This document shows, in pieces, positions 50,718-60,595 of a DNA stretch of 64,000 bases; positions within the stretch are counted from its first letter, which is position 1, and each line of letters opens with the position of its first letter. Location: positions 2,076 to 66,075 of the forward strand of contig JAKAVA010000041.1 in NCBI GenBank assembly GCA_021827645.1, written 5' to 3'. A program made the position numbers and the translations under genes. Under the pieces are notes generated by a model. The model did no database searches, was not told the origin of the DNA, and worked only from the letters and a program-made list of their open reading frames with translations. Source of the DNA: Planctomycetota bacterium (GTDB taxonomy: Bacteria > Planctomycetota > Phycisphaerae > WQYP01).

Positions 50718-51560
50718 ATGCAATACGCTAAAAATCTGTCCGAATTTGGTCTAAAAATCCGAAATCGCAGGCAAGAAATGAGGCTTACTCAAGACCAACT
50801 CGCTGCCGCCACCGGTATCAGCAAGCCATATATATCAAACATTGAAACCGGCCGTATTGTCGGGCCCCCAACTTCCGAAAAGCTTCGCAACCTGGAACAT
50901 GCCCTTGGCCTTGAGGAAAATGAACTCTGTCGCCAAGCCGACTGGCTAAAAGTACCCGAGGCATTGCGGGCGAGCCTTGTTGGTAATTTGGACCAAATCC
51001 GGGTCGCCGGCCCGGCCGTGCCTCCATCAACGCCACACCTCGATGCAGTTGCTTCCTATGATTCCGTTCAATTGATCAACCACACCGACGAACCTCCGGA
51101 ACGATTCACCCCCGTCCCGCTGAAAAAAATTCCGCTTATCAACCGCGTTGCCGCCGGCGCACCGATCGAGGCCACCGATCTGGATTACCCCGTCAACATC
51201 GCCGACCGCGACGCCCTGATTCCCGACGAGTTGGTCGATGGGTGCTTTGCGCTGCGGATCGATGGTGATTCCATGACGCCCGTCTATCAGCCGGGAGATA
51301 TTGTGATCTTCTCCGGCGACCGAACGCCGGTGGATGGTGACGACTGTCTGGTGCGGCTCGGTGACGCGGATAATTTTTCAACCACGTTCAAACGCATCCA
51401 TTTTGTGGATGCGTCCGGCGTCAAGAACAAAGAAGGGGAATTTGTGTTTTTGGAACCCCTCAACTCCGATCACGCGCCGCGCATTGTCCGCCGGATTGAT
51501 CTCACCGGCTTGTATCCAGCTTTATGGAAAGTTTCCGCCGTCCGCCGTGGTTGCCTATAA
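50718..51560 (+). CDS. XRE-family HTH repressor with a C-terminal LexA/CI-like S24 peptidase domain
   Basis: The N-terminus LKIRNRRQEMRLTQDQLAAATGISKPYISNIETGR is an XRE HTH. The C-terminus has a GDSM Ser nucleophile and a downstream Lys (…FALRIDGDSMTPVYQPGDIVIF…FKRI…). Confidence 0.7.
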   Translation: MQYAKNLSEFGLKIRNRRQEMRLTQDQLAAATGISKPYISNIETGRIVGPPTSEKLRNLEHALGLEENELCRQADWLKVPEALRASLVGNLDQIRVAGPAVPPSTPHLDAVASYDSVQLINHTDEPPERFTPVPLKKIPLINRVAAGAPIEATDLDYPVNIADRDALIPDELVDGCFALRIDGDSMTPVYQPGDIVIFSGDRTPVDGDDCLVRLGDADNFSTTFKRIHFVDASGVKNKEGEFVFLEPLNSDHAPRIVRRIDLTGLYPALWKVSAVRRGCL

Positions 51561-51712
51561 CGGCCGAACCATTCAAGCAAATCTCGCCCCTACGACCCCG
51601 TTCCGGCTCACCGCCGCGCCGGCCGGGATGGGGCGGACACGTCAAATCCCGGCCAACTGACATCCCCCGAGTCTCGGGCACCGGAACGCATCATACGCCG
51701 CGAATGAAAATA

Positions 51713-52702
51713 TTAAAATCCTCTTCCCGGAGGAAAAAACGGAGGCCCCATCCCGCCGGGCCCTCTTCTTCTGCCGCCGCCGTGGCTGTGTCGCGGCCGT
51801 CCAAGATGCTGGGCATGTTTGCGGAAGCTGTAATCCGGACGACCCCGGAAGAGTCGCCCGATAAAAGGAAACTCCTGCGTCACCACGTAATAGTAAGTGC
51901 CCTCGGGATATTCCGGCGTTACGCCGGTGCGCCCATTCGCTTCGTCGAGATCGCCATACCCCGCCACATATTCAAAATCACCCGTATAGCGTCCGTCGTA
52001 GCGACCACCCGGCCCGGCTGGCGGAGATGGGCGATTCCCCTCTTTGAGCCGATAACTGGAACGCAGCAGTTTCACCTCACTGTTGGCATCATTCGCCCGT
52101 GAATACCCCCACGGGGCGTAGATTGGAAATCCATCCGCCGCATATCCAATCAGCGTCACCTTGTTCCATCCATGGAGTTGGTGCACCAGAACCGTCGGTA
52201 ACCCATGATAGTGATACATGCCGTCGGATTGTACGTGCCCATGACTCTGATCGAGACCGAGGTTGCCAAATCCAGTCAGTACCGCGAAGTTCCAGATCGA
52301 CCCGCGCTGGTGGTGCCAGAAACCCGCTGTACCCGGATCGAACACCACGCCGTCCAGCGCCACACCATAAAATTCCCAATTCTCCACGGGCGTCGTTTCC
52401 GATCTCAATCGCGGCCTCAGCGGCATGCGAAAACGCAGATTGTGAGGTCGGATGGCATTGGGACAACCGCGGTCGGGAAATCGCCCCACCTTATGATCCG
52501 GGATATCATTGGTATCGCAGTAACGATATCGTCCATGTACATAAAATTTCACATGACTCGGATATGGGGGATAGACCGTACACGGCTCAAGATAGTTTCT
52601 GCCGAACCGTCCATCCGCCATGACAGGTAATGGCAGATTCACCGCCAGCCCCGCTGCAGCAAGGCCCATGATGTACCGCCGACGAGTGATAACATGTTCC
52701 AT
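51713..52702 (-). CDS. Tat-secreted YHYH-domain protein with a Gly/Arg/Pro-rich C-terminal tail
   Basis: RRRYIMGLAAAGLAV is a Tat signal. GMYHYHGLP is the YHYH motif (PF14240-like). The tail is GRPRHSHGGGRRRGPGGMGPPFFPPGRGF. Confidence 0.6.
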   Translation of the reverse strand: MEHVITRRRYIMGLAAAGLAVNLPLPVMADGRFGRNYLEPCTVYPPYPSHVKFYVHGRYRYCDTNDIPDHKVGRFPDRGCPNAIRPHNLRFRMPLRPRLRSETTPVENWEFYGVALDGVVFDPGTAGFWHHQRGSIWNFAVLTGFGNLGLDQSHGHVQSDGMYHYHGLPTVLVHQLHGWNKVTLIGYAADGFPIYAPWGYSRANDANSEVKLLRSSYRLKEGNRPSPPAGPGGRYDGRYTGDFEYVAGYGDLDEANGRTGVTPEYPEGTYYYVVTQEFPFIGRLFRGRPDYSFRKHAQHLGRPRHSHGGGRRRGPGGMGPPFFPPGRGF

Positions 52703-53195
52703 CGCTTCGTCTCCTTTCAGCCCCCGGGAAAATCACCGATTTAATAAACGCTCCAAGGGCAGATGAGTTGCGAGATAATCTGAATATCGTGTCGCCGTCC
52801 ACCCCGCAGACGTTGTCCTCAAGGTCGTCCAGGTGCCGCTTTGCCCCGGATATGGGGCGGGGTATCATATAGGTAACAAAGTTAAATCCATTTCGTGGGA
52901 TTTTATTGGTGGGGGTGATCAATGAATCTCGATACAACTGATATCCATGCTGTTATTGCACTCATCAACCATCCGTGATCCGTTTTGCATTCAAGGCCGG
53001 TCGGGCGACGAATATGCCCATCGAGGAATCAGTTCCCATCTATGGCCTCTGAGTACCGGGGGCGCGTCCCGGGTCAACGGCTCGCATTTGCTTGCCGCAA
53101 AAAAAAGGGGGTGGATCGAGATTCTTCCGATCCACCCCCAAGTGTTTCATCAGCTTAGCCCAACCATCATCGGGCGAGCTATTTCGCTTGCTTGC

Positions 53196-53963
53196 TTACT
53201 TCAGTGCACGGCGCCGACGGCTCAGCAGCATCAGTCCGGCTGCCCCGGCTCCAAAAATTCCGACGCTTGCCGGTTCCGGTACCGTCTGAAGCTGAATGCC
53301 ATCCACACCCACGTTCGATCCCCCCACAGAGGATATATTGAGCGTGATATCCCCACTCACCGGCGTGATGTTGGTGAATTCGATGTAGTTACCCGGGGTG
53401 TTGTCGGTCGCTTTCACGAAAGTTCCGTCGAAATTTGCGCCTTTCTGCTCCAAAACCGTCTGGCTGTCGCTGCCGACCGAGAAGGTTCCCGTGATGGACG
53501 AGACGTTGAAAAAATCCGCTACTGTATAGACAACCAGGTTGTACGATCCGCTGCCGAGCCCGGAGAGCGTGACGGAGGCGGACGAGCTTTTCCCAGTCTT
53601 AAACTCACCATACAGCAGGGCGTAATTTGCCCCGTTGACGGGATGGGTTCCTGTCTCATAGTTATTGTTAAAAGAACCGGAGATCGAAACATTTGTGGCC
53701 GTACCCGTGCTGTCCAGCAAGTCTGCCTTGCTGATGCTCGTGGGTCCAGTGCCGCCCAAACTGGTGCTCGAGACGTCGTTATTAAAATTTTCCTGAGGTA
53801 TGAACCCCGCCGTGCTGGTGGCGCTGAGGCTATTAGCCGCAGTACCGGTGCCTTGCACAACAAAATTGACACCGATAAGATCCGCCGACGCGGTCCCACT
53901 CGCCAGCGCAATTCCGCCAATGGAGGCGGCCGAAAGCAGTGTAACCAACAATTTACGAGACAT
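53196..53963 (-). CDS. PEP-CTERM sorting-domain protein (predicted exosortase substrate), Ser/Thr/Gly/Asn-rich
   Basis: A signal peptide MSRKLLVTLLSAASIGGIALASGTASA is present. The C-terminus VPEPASVGIFGAGAAGLMLLSRRRRALK is a VPEP motif plus TM helix plus Arg cluster. The long opposite-strand ORF 52947..53966 is treated as an artefact. Confidence 0.7.
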   Translation of the reverse strand: MSRKLLVTLLSAASIGGIALASGTASADLIGVNFVVQGTGTAANSLSATSTAGFIPQENFNNDVSSTSLGGTGPTSISKADLLDSTGTATNVSISGSFNNNYETGTHPVNGANYALLYGEFKTGKSSSASVTLSGLGSGSYNLVVYTVADFFNVSSITGTFSVGSDSQTVLEQKGANFDGTFVKATDNTPGNYIEFTNITPVSGDITLNISSVGGSNVGVDGIQLQTVPEPASVGIFGAGAAGLMLLSRRRRALK

Positions 53964-54493
53964 TGAAAATCCTCCCGGCCCCTCACAGAGGCCATAATTA
54001 AAATCGGAACCAAGCATCAAACCGCGGCGCCAGACGGTTTGCGAACATTCGCGGCTTGCTCTCAAATCCCAAGTTCACCGGTCTAAGATTTGTCTGGGGA
54101 GAGCTTACAACGTTTTTGCACCGTTGTCAAGTATTTTTGGTAAAAAAATTGCGGCTGGCCGTTTTTTTCCCGCTTCATCCGCCAAAGCATGGCGTTTCCG
54201 ATGCGAAAATAGCGTTAATTCGTAAATGCGTTTCGGAACCAAGGTCGCGAAAAATAGAGACTCTCCTGCGGAACCACGGCTCGGGCGGCGTCAACCTCGG
54301 GAAGCACCCGTTCCCGCAATCTCCGCTCCAGCGGTGCCAGATGAAGCCTCATACTTTTCCGATTCGACGCAAGCGGCAGTGACGAGCCTCGGCCGCTGAC
54401 CCACCCAAAAGTTCCAGGGATTTCAATGGCTGGCGACCGCGAAACCGGGGCCACGTCGATTTGCAATATTTGCTCTCCCCATGGAGCCACACA

Positions 54494-55750
54494 TCAGGCG
54501 ACCATGATCCGATCCTTGCCCTGCCCCTTGGCCCGATACATGGCCGCATCGGCTCGTGCCAGCAGGCCGTCGAGCGAGTCGTCGCCCGGCCTGATCATCA
54601 TGACACCTATGCTAAGCGTCGCCGCCCGTCCGATTTGCGGATCACTTTCGGAACCGTGTGCAAAACTGCGGCGCAATCGCTCCGCAATTCTTGTTGCGCC
54701 GGCCTCATCAACGCCCTTGAGGAAAATGGTAAACTCGTCTCCCCCCCGGCGTCCCAAAGAATCGCTTGATCGCAGGGAACTTTGGGCCGTCGCGGCAAAA
54801 AGTCGCAGCAAGGCGTCACCGGCTTCATGCCCATACTTATCATTAACCTGTTTGAATTCATCGATATCGATGGTGAGAAGTGCATCGCGCAGGCCCTCGG
54901 CTTCAACCTTGTCGGTTGCGGTCGACGGTGTACGTCTGTTTTTATTCTGCAGGAGTTGTCGGCGGACGGCCGCCTCGAAGGCATTGCGATTCAGCACGCC
55001 GGTGAGGCCATCCGTATTGGCAGCCACCATCAGCGCGTTTTGCAGGCGCTCGGACGCAAGCATCAGGAAGCCCATGTTCCACGCGGTCAAAAGCCCAAGT
55101 GTGCCGGCCAAGGTAAAACCCACGACAGGCGAAGGAAGGCGCGTGAGGTGATTGGCGGGGTGCAGCCACATCGCGAGTATGCGGGTGACGTTTCCCAGCA
55201 CAAAAAGTGCAAAGAGTGCCATTAAAAACCGCGTAACCTTCAAATTTGACTTTTTCAGTATGGAAATCAGTTCCCGGATCATCATCACCGCCGTCAGGCT
55301 CAGCAGGGACGCAACCAGCGTTATGCGGTGGGCCATGGTGGAACTGATGGGAGACTTAAGCTCCAGCAGGATAAAAATAAGGGGAAAGACCAGCCATACC
55401 CACTTTTTCAGGGGTGGTTTTTCATTAAATGATCTCAGGCCTATCCAATTGAGGAACAGTCCCATCACAACGGCCGTCTGCGAAAGCGATACCGCCAGAA
55501 CGTACGGCGCAAAACCGCGCAGGCTCACCAGTGCAAGCCCTACAGCCGCCAATAAATTCCCGATACCCCAAAATCCGAGCCAGCGATCTCGGCGCCGCAA
55601 CAGCCATGCATATAGATGCGTTGCCGCAAGCAGCAGGGCGATCCCGCTCATCAAACAGATGATCGTTCGCACTTCAAAAAACAGAAGGCTGGGGTTGGTC
55701 TTAGTCATACTACCTTGATAAGAATACCCGCAATTTAGCGGCAGTTCCAC
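54494..55750 (-). CDS. Membrane-anchored diguanylate cyclase (GGDEF)
   Basis: The N-terminal roughly 230 aa has 6-7 TM segments. The GGDEF domain has an intact RGGDEF motif (GRRGGDEFTIFL) and an RxxD I-site region. Confidence 0.8.
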   Translation of the reverse strand: MELPLNCGYSYQGSMTKTNPSLLFFEVRTIICLMSGIALLLAATHLYAWLLRRRDRWLGFWGIGNLLAAVGLALVSLRGFAPYVLAVSLSQTAVVMGLFLNWIGLRSFNEKPPLKKWVWLVFPLIFILLELKSPISSTMAHRITLVASLLSLTAVMMIRELISILKKSNLKVTRFLMALFALFVLGNVTRILAMWLHPANHLTRLPSPVVGFTLAGTLGLLTAWNMGFLMLASERLQNALMVAANTDGLTGVLNRNAFEAAVRRQLLQNKNRRTPSTATDKVEAEGLRDALLTIDIDEFKQVNDKYGHEAGDALLRLFAATAQSSLRSSDSLGRRGGDEFTIFLKGVDEAGATRIAERLRRSFAHGSESDPQIGRAATLSIGVMMIRPGDDSLDGLLARADAAMYRAKGQGKDRIMVA

Positions 55751-55978
55751 CGTTCTTCCGCTGCGTCGTCAGCTCAACTTATTTATCGGCAGAAATCTTA
55801 ATTTGTGTATCAACTAAATTCGAACGCTGAATCCGCGGGTTCCTTAACGCTATCGAAGCATCGTGATCGGTTTCGGATGTTGCAAATGCGAATTCTCGGG
55901 TGCCCGGAGGATCATACCCAAAACGATATGTTTTTCAGCAATACGAAAAGACGGGAAGTCTCGGATAATCTTGAAATC

Positions 55979-57088
55979 CTAATGAGCATCCTCCTTCGAT
56001 TTGGTCGCGTTCAGTTTCGCTTCGACCGCTCGCAGGCGTTTGGCCAATTCCGGAAGCTGGAATATCTGCAGATAGACTCGCTTGGCCAGTTTGAAATCCA
56101 TCGCCGGCGTCCCGCCGATATCCCGATTCGGCTCAATATCCGACGTGATGCCCGATTGCGCCGCAGCACGCACCCGGTCACCGATATGAATATGGCCCGC
56201 CACGCCCACCTGTCCTGCGAGAACCACATAGTCGCCCGTTGACGAACTCCCTGCGATGCCAACCTGACTCACCAGCAGATTATGTCGGCCGATCTGACAG
56301 TTGTGCCCCACCACAACGTTGTTTCCGATTTTGGTTCCCTCCCCGATCACCGTCGATTCCATCGCCGCCCGTTCGATGACCGTGTTCGATCCGACTTCCA
56401 CATCATCGCCCAAGATCACGTTTCCGATCTGCGGTATTTTGTGATGGATCCCCTGGTGGGTTGCAAAGCCGTAACCGTCGCAACCAATCACGGCACCCGA
56501 TTGAACAATGACGCGTTTGCCCAGTCGGCAGAAATCATAGATCACCGCGTTGGGATAGATGATGCAATCAGATCCCAGTTCCGTACCGTTCATGATCTTT
56601 GCGCCGGGGTAAATGACGCATCGATCTCCGACCACGCAGTTTTCACCAATGGTAACAAAAGGTCCGATGTGGCAATCGGCTCCAATTTTTGCCGACGCCG
56701 CAATATCGCACAGTGGCGAAACCAGCGGCTTGGGTTGCGGACGCATGCCGTGGATCAGCACCATGATCTGGCGGAATCCGAAATAGGGATCCGCCGCTCG
56801 AATCAAGGTAAGAGGGGCTGACGCCGGACGCTGTATCGATTGGTGATCCAACTTGGCATCGACCACCACGCACCCTGCGGAGGTCGTTGTCAACTGATTG
56901 AGATATTTAATATTGGAGACGAAGCTGATGTCGTCCGGGCCGGCCGATTCGAGTCCGCAACATCGTCGAATCCGTCGCTCGCCGTCACCGACGACGGTGC
57001 CCCCGATGTGGGCGGCAAGTCGGTTGACCGTAAATGGAGCCGTATCGCCGGAAGCGGACGGGGAAGTATCATGTGGGGAACCGGGCAT
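55979..57088 (-). CDS. lpxD: UDP-3-O-acylglucosamine N-acyltransferase
   Basis: It has left-handed beta-helix hexapeptide repeats and LpxD N-terminal-domain blocks (…RLAAHIGGTVVGDGE…). The start is probably the Met at 57088, although the ORF track starts at 57148. Confidence 0.8.
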   Translation of the reverse strand: MPGSPHDTSPSASGDTAPFTVNRLAAHIGGTVVGDGERRIRRCCGLESAGPDDISFVSNIKYLNQLTTTSAGCVVVDAKLDHQSIQRPASAPLTLIRAADPYFGFRQIMVLIHGMRPQPKPLVSPLCDIAASAKIGADCHIGPFVTIGENCVVGDRCVIYPGAKIMNGTELGSDCIIYPNAVIYDFCRLGKRVIVQSGAVIGCDGYGFATHQGIHHKIPQIGNVILGDDVEVGSNTVIERAAMESTVIGEGTKIGNNVVVGHNCQIGRHNLLVSQVGIAGSSSTGDYVVLAGQVGVAGHIHIGDRVRAAAQSGITSDIEPNRDIGGTPAMDFKLAKRVYLQIFQLPELAKRLRAVEAKLNATKSKEDAH

Positions 57089-57311
57089 CTGATCTCCTCT
57101 GAGGCACCCTATTGCTGCCGATGCTGCCGACGACGACCTCGCCGTCAACGGCCGCTATATGGCGGACTGACCTGAGTCGGCCCGCCTCGTTAGCATTTGA
57201 GTATAGTGGATAAATCGGGTTATCTCCCGCATGTGGAGAGTGTCTGAATCTTGCGCTGAGAGCAAAATCGACGAACCATTACATGTTGGTCCAACGACTT
57301 GAAACGGCACG

Positions 57312-57836
57312 TCAGCCGAATGCAACTCGATGGCGGCTCGTCTGGCGGATCGAATCGTTGAATTTGGTCAGGGTAACTGCGTTGCCTGATTCATTGAAAA
57401 CGACACTGTTCATGAAGGCACGCATCAGAAGCAGGCCCCGGCCGGATGTCTGTTCAAGATTGTGTTCGCTGGTGGGGTCGGGTACGGCAGCGGGATTAAA
57501 GCCGTCTCCCTCATCCTCAATGACAATATCACACCGTCGGGGGGTCACGCGATATTTAATGTGAATCTGCTTGGAGGTATCAGATCGATTCCCGTGCCGG
57601 ATGGCATTGTTAATGGCTTCTTCCACGGCAAGCTTCAGAGCAAAAAGGTCCCGGTCGGTAAAAGCATGCATCTGACACTGCGAGAGGATCGCTTCCTCAA
57701 CGTCCCGTACCTTGCGGATATCAGACTCAATATCGCACGAACACCACAGTTTGGGGCTATGACTGGTGCAATTTCGCTTCACAGCCGGATGACGGTGAGA
57801 ATGGGTTTGTTTCATACCACGGCGTCCCAATTCCAA
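57312..57836 (-). CDS. Anti-sigma factor / serine kinase of the RsbW/SpoIIAB family (HATPase_c)
   Basis: The N-box …LKLAVEEAINNAIRHGN… and the G-box …IVIEDEGDGFNP… are present. The size and layout match RsbW. Confidence 0.7.
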   Translation of the reverse strand: MELGRRGMKQTHSHRHPAVKRNCTSHSPKLWCSCDIESDIRKVRDVEEAILSQCQMHAFTDRDLFALKLAVEEAINNAIRHGNRSDTSKQIHIKYRVTPRRCDIVIEDEGDGFNPAAVPDPTSEHNLEQTSGRGLLLMRAFMNSVVFNESGNAVTLTKFNDSIRQTSRHRVAFG

Positions 57837-57977
57837 CTCTAAGCAAGTACACCGATTAACAAATCCGTGGCAAGTGTCTCGGGCATCCGTACCCTCTTGC
57901 TATTAACTATCCCCATGCCCGCGCATGAGAGATTCATGTCACAACGGCGGGTGCTTCGACCTGCCGACGATCACGTC

Positions 57978-58361
57978 TTACGACGAAGGTTTTTCCAATG
58001 ACGCCTTCGCTTCCTCCATTGTCGGAAAGATGCGGAAGAGTTTGTTAAGTTTTGTGATGAGAAAAACCTCGTATATCTGTGGATTGATGGAACACAGACG
58101 GAGTTGGCCGTCGCGTTCCCGCACTTTGTAATTAACGGTAATCAGGGTGCCCAGCGCCGAAGAAGACAGGTGATCGACGCCTGCAAAGGAAATGATGATT
58201 TTGGGCTTCAGTTGGCTTTCGATATAGGACGTAAGTTGCCGACCCATTTCCGTGATTTCATTTTCTTCCAGCAATTTACGGACATTAAATTCGACGACGG
58301 TCAGTTCACCGTTATGGGTCAGCTTGATCGGCGCCGTATCTTTTTCCTTATCCTTCAGCAT
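57978..58361 (-). CDS. STAS-domain anti-sigma-factor antagonist (RsbV/SpoIIAA-like)
   Basis: It is 127 aa with a STAS fold and a candidate phospho-Ser in …FAGVDHLSSSALGTLI…. It lies immediately upstream of the RsbW-like gene on the same strand. Confidence 0.7.
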   Translation of the reverse strand: MLKDKEKDTAPIKLTHNGELTVVEFNVRKLLEENEITEMGRQLTSYIESQLKPKIIISFAGVDHLSSSALGTLITVNYKVRERDGQLRLCSINPQIYEVFLITKLNKLFRIFPTMEEAKASLEKPSS

Positions 58362-58558
58362 GGCGGTAAGGCCCCTTGCAAATCAGGCATAACAATTACT
58401 GCGTGCCGCGACGGGTATCGCCACGTTCTTCGCCGCATCTCCATCATAAACTTAACCCCAGAAGAGTCAATCCTCGGAAACAGATTGCAATGACCTTCCG
58501 CACCTGCCCTGCATCACCTTGCCCGATCGCTTAAAAGGGAATTCCGGCCCCATGAGTC

Positions 58559-59158
58559 CTATACCCCCATTTTACCCCGATAGCGGCTGATCGCCTGGCG
58601 TATTTGCTGCTCCACCCGCTTCGGCGATCGAATCCATTGCCAGGTGATGCTCTGCGATTGAACCGCCTCGATGGTGAAGGTGAGGGTGCCGGTACGTAGA
58701 ATTTTTTGCGGTATCGATTCCTTGCACGAAATATCGGCGATGCGTCCCAGCACCGTCTGCGTGATTTGAGGCTGCAGAAGGCCTTGAATCGTAATCAGCC
58801 GGCAATTGGTGAGAATATAGTGATGGCCGATCCATTCCATCACGCCGTAAAGCAACCGGCAGAACACCAGAATGCCGGTAATGGTGGCCATGGTCGGAAG
58901 GCTGATGAATCTTCCTATGACTGCCGATGTTTCAGAAAGCAGTGCGAGCGAAAGCACGACGACGATATACGTGGAACTCGTCACAAGAATATACCAGACC
59001 GACGGCCGAAGCATGAGGATGACCAGTTCATTCTCGTGGAGCACATTCTGCCGCGCCAGGCCCTGGGCGACACCGGCGGCGGATGATGCCGAGCCCGCAA
59101 ACCGCTGCCACCGCTCTGCGGATGATGAGGGGAGCGTGTTTCGCGGACGCTGTCGCAT
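58559..59158 (-). CDS. Membrane protein with a bacterial PH (bPH_2, YdbT-like) domain
   Basis: Two TM helices are followed by a roughly 90-aa domain (…HHYILTNCRLITIQG…TGTLTFTIEA…) typical of bPH_2. Confidence 0.5.
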   Translation of the reverse strand: MRQRPRNTLPSSSAERWQRFAGSASSAAGVAQGLARQNVLHENELVILMLRPSVWYILVTSSTYIVVVLSLALLSETSAVIGRFISLPTMATITGILVFCRLLYGVMEWIGHHYILTNCRLITIQGLLQPQITQTVLGRIADISCKESIPQKILRTGTLTFTIEAVQSQSITWQWIRSPKRVEQQIRQAISRYRGKMGV

Positions 59159-59196
59159 GCGTAAGATTCTCCGGCATCGATGGAAGACCGCCGCGG

Positions 59197-60471
59197 TCAG
59201 ATTTCAAGTAAAAGTCGCGACGGATCTTCAAGCGATTCTTTGACGTGCACCAGAAACGTCACCGCCTGCTGCCCGTCAATAATTCGGTGATCATACGATA
59301 AGGCCACATACATCATCGGGCGGATGACAATTTGATCGTTCACCACAACCGCACGTTTTTCAATCTTGTGCAGCCCGAGGATGGCCGACTGCGGCGGATT
59401 GAGAATCGGCGTCGACATCAACGATCCGAAAACGCCGCCGTTGGTGATGGTGAAGGTGCCGCCAGTCAGATCATCCATTGCGATTTTGCCTTCGCGGGCC
59501 TTGGTGGCCAGGCGTTTGATTTCCAGTTCAATTTGCGCCATGGTCATCCGGTCGGCATTCCGCACGACGGGTACGACCAATCCCTTTTCCGTCGCCACCG
59601 CAACGCCCAGATGCATGCGATGTTTGTAGACGATCGTTTTATCCTGCAGTTGGGCGTTGACTGCGGGCACAGCCTTGGCGGCGGCACAGACGGCGCGGCC
59701 GAAGAAGGATAAAAATCCAAGCCCGACGCTGTGGGTCTTTTCAAACTTTTCCTTATACTTTTCCCGCAGTGCCATCACGGCCGACATGTCGATTTCATTA
59801 AATGTTGTCAAAATGGCAGCGGTGTGCTGGGCCTCCACCAGCCGTTTGGCAATGGTTTCCCGCAGCTTGCTCAATTCGACGCGTGTTTCCTCATCCGAAG
59901 CGGGCGCCTCGCGGGGGGGCGTACGGACGGAATTCGAATTCCGGGCATCACGCGATTGTTGCCCTGCGGCGGCATCGGCGGTCGAAATATTGTTTCCGCT
60001 GATGAATTGCAGCACATCTCCTTTGGTGATGCGGTTGCCGGGGCCTGTGGCGGGGATTTTAGACGCATCAAGCTGATTTTCAGTCACCAGTCGCTGGACG
60101 GACGGCGCCAGCGGTTTATCCCCTGCGGTTTTTGCGGCGGCTGGGGCGGGTGTGGGTGCTGACGATTTGGTTTCAGCTGATGGCTTGGCCGACGTCGCCG
60201 TGGCATCGGTCGTGGTTTTGGGCGCCGCGCCAGGTTCAATTCGGGCAATCACATCGCCGACGTTAACCGTCTTTCCCTGATTGCAGACAATCCGCAGAAC
60301 GCCCGAGTTACCTGCAGGCAATTCAACGGTCGCTTTATCGGTTTCCAGTTCGGCTACCACATCATCCGGGCCGACAAACTGCCCGTCGCTTTTCACCCAG
60401 TTGGCGATGCGGGCTTCTGTAACCGATTCCCCCAACCCGGGGACTTGAAGATCAATAACGGTAGAGGGCAT
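59197..60471 (-). CDS. sucB: Dihydrolipoyllysine-residue succinyltransferase (E2 of 2-oxoglutarate dehydrogenase)
   Basis: It has a lipoyl domain (…[14 protein letters not shown]…), an Ala/Pro linker, and the catalytic …[13 protein letters not shown]… region. Confidence 0.9.
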   Translation of the reverse strand: MPSTVIDLQVPGLGESVTEARIANWVKSDGQFVGPDDVVAELETDKATVELPAGNSGVLRIVCNQGKTVNVGDVIARIEPGAAPKTTTDATATSAKPSAETKSSAPTPAPAAAKTAGDKPLAPSVQRLVTENQLDASKIPATGPGNRITKGDVLQFISGNNISTADAAAGQQSRDARNSNSVRTPPREAPASDEETRVELSKLRETIAKRLVEAQHTAAILTTFNEIDMSAVMALREKYKEKFEKTHSVGLGFLSFFGRAVCAAAKAVPAVNAQLQDKTIVYKHRMHLGVAVATEKGLVVPVVRNADRMTMAQIELEIKRLATKAREGKIAMDDLTGGTFTITNGGVFGSLMSTPILNPPQSAILGLHKIEKRAVVVNDQIVIRPMMYVALSYDHRIIDGQQAVTFLVHVKESLEDPSRLLLEI

Positions 60472-60595
60472 AAATCAACATCCTGAAAACCAAAAATCAA
60501 TACCATCAGCACGATAACGCGCCCGGCAGTCATTACGCAAACGCACCGGCGCCGCCCGTGCCGGGGTGGTTCCACTTCGAGAGCCGAACCTGCGG

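Noticed and set aside
52947-53966. A 339-aa ORF on the plus strand overlapping the PEP-CTERM gene
   Set aside because: Its composition is Arg/Gly-rich low complexity with no signal or motifs. The minus-strand frame has a signal peptide, a coherent S/T/G/N-rich composition and a canonical PEP-CTERM terminus. This is a typical high-GC antisense ORF artefact.
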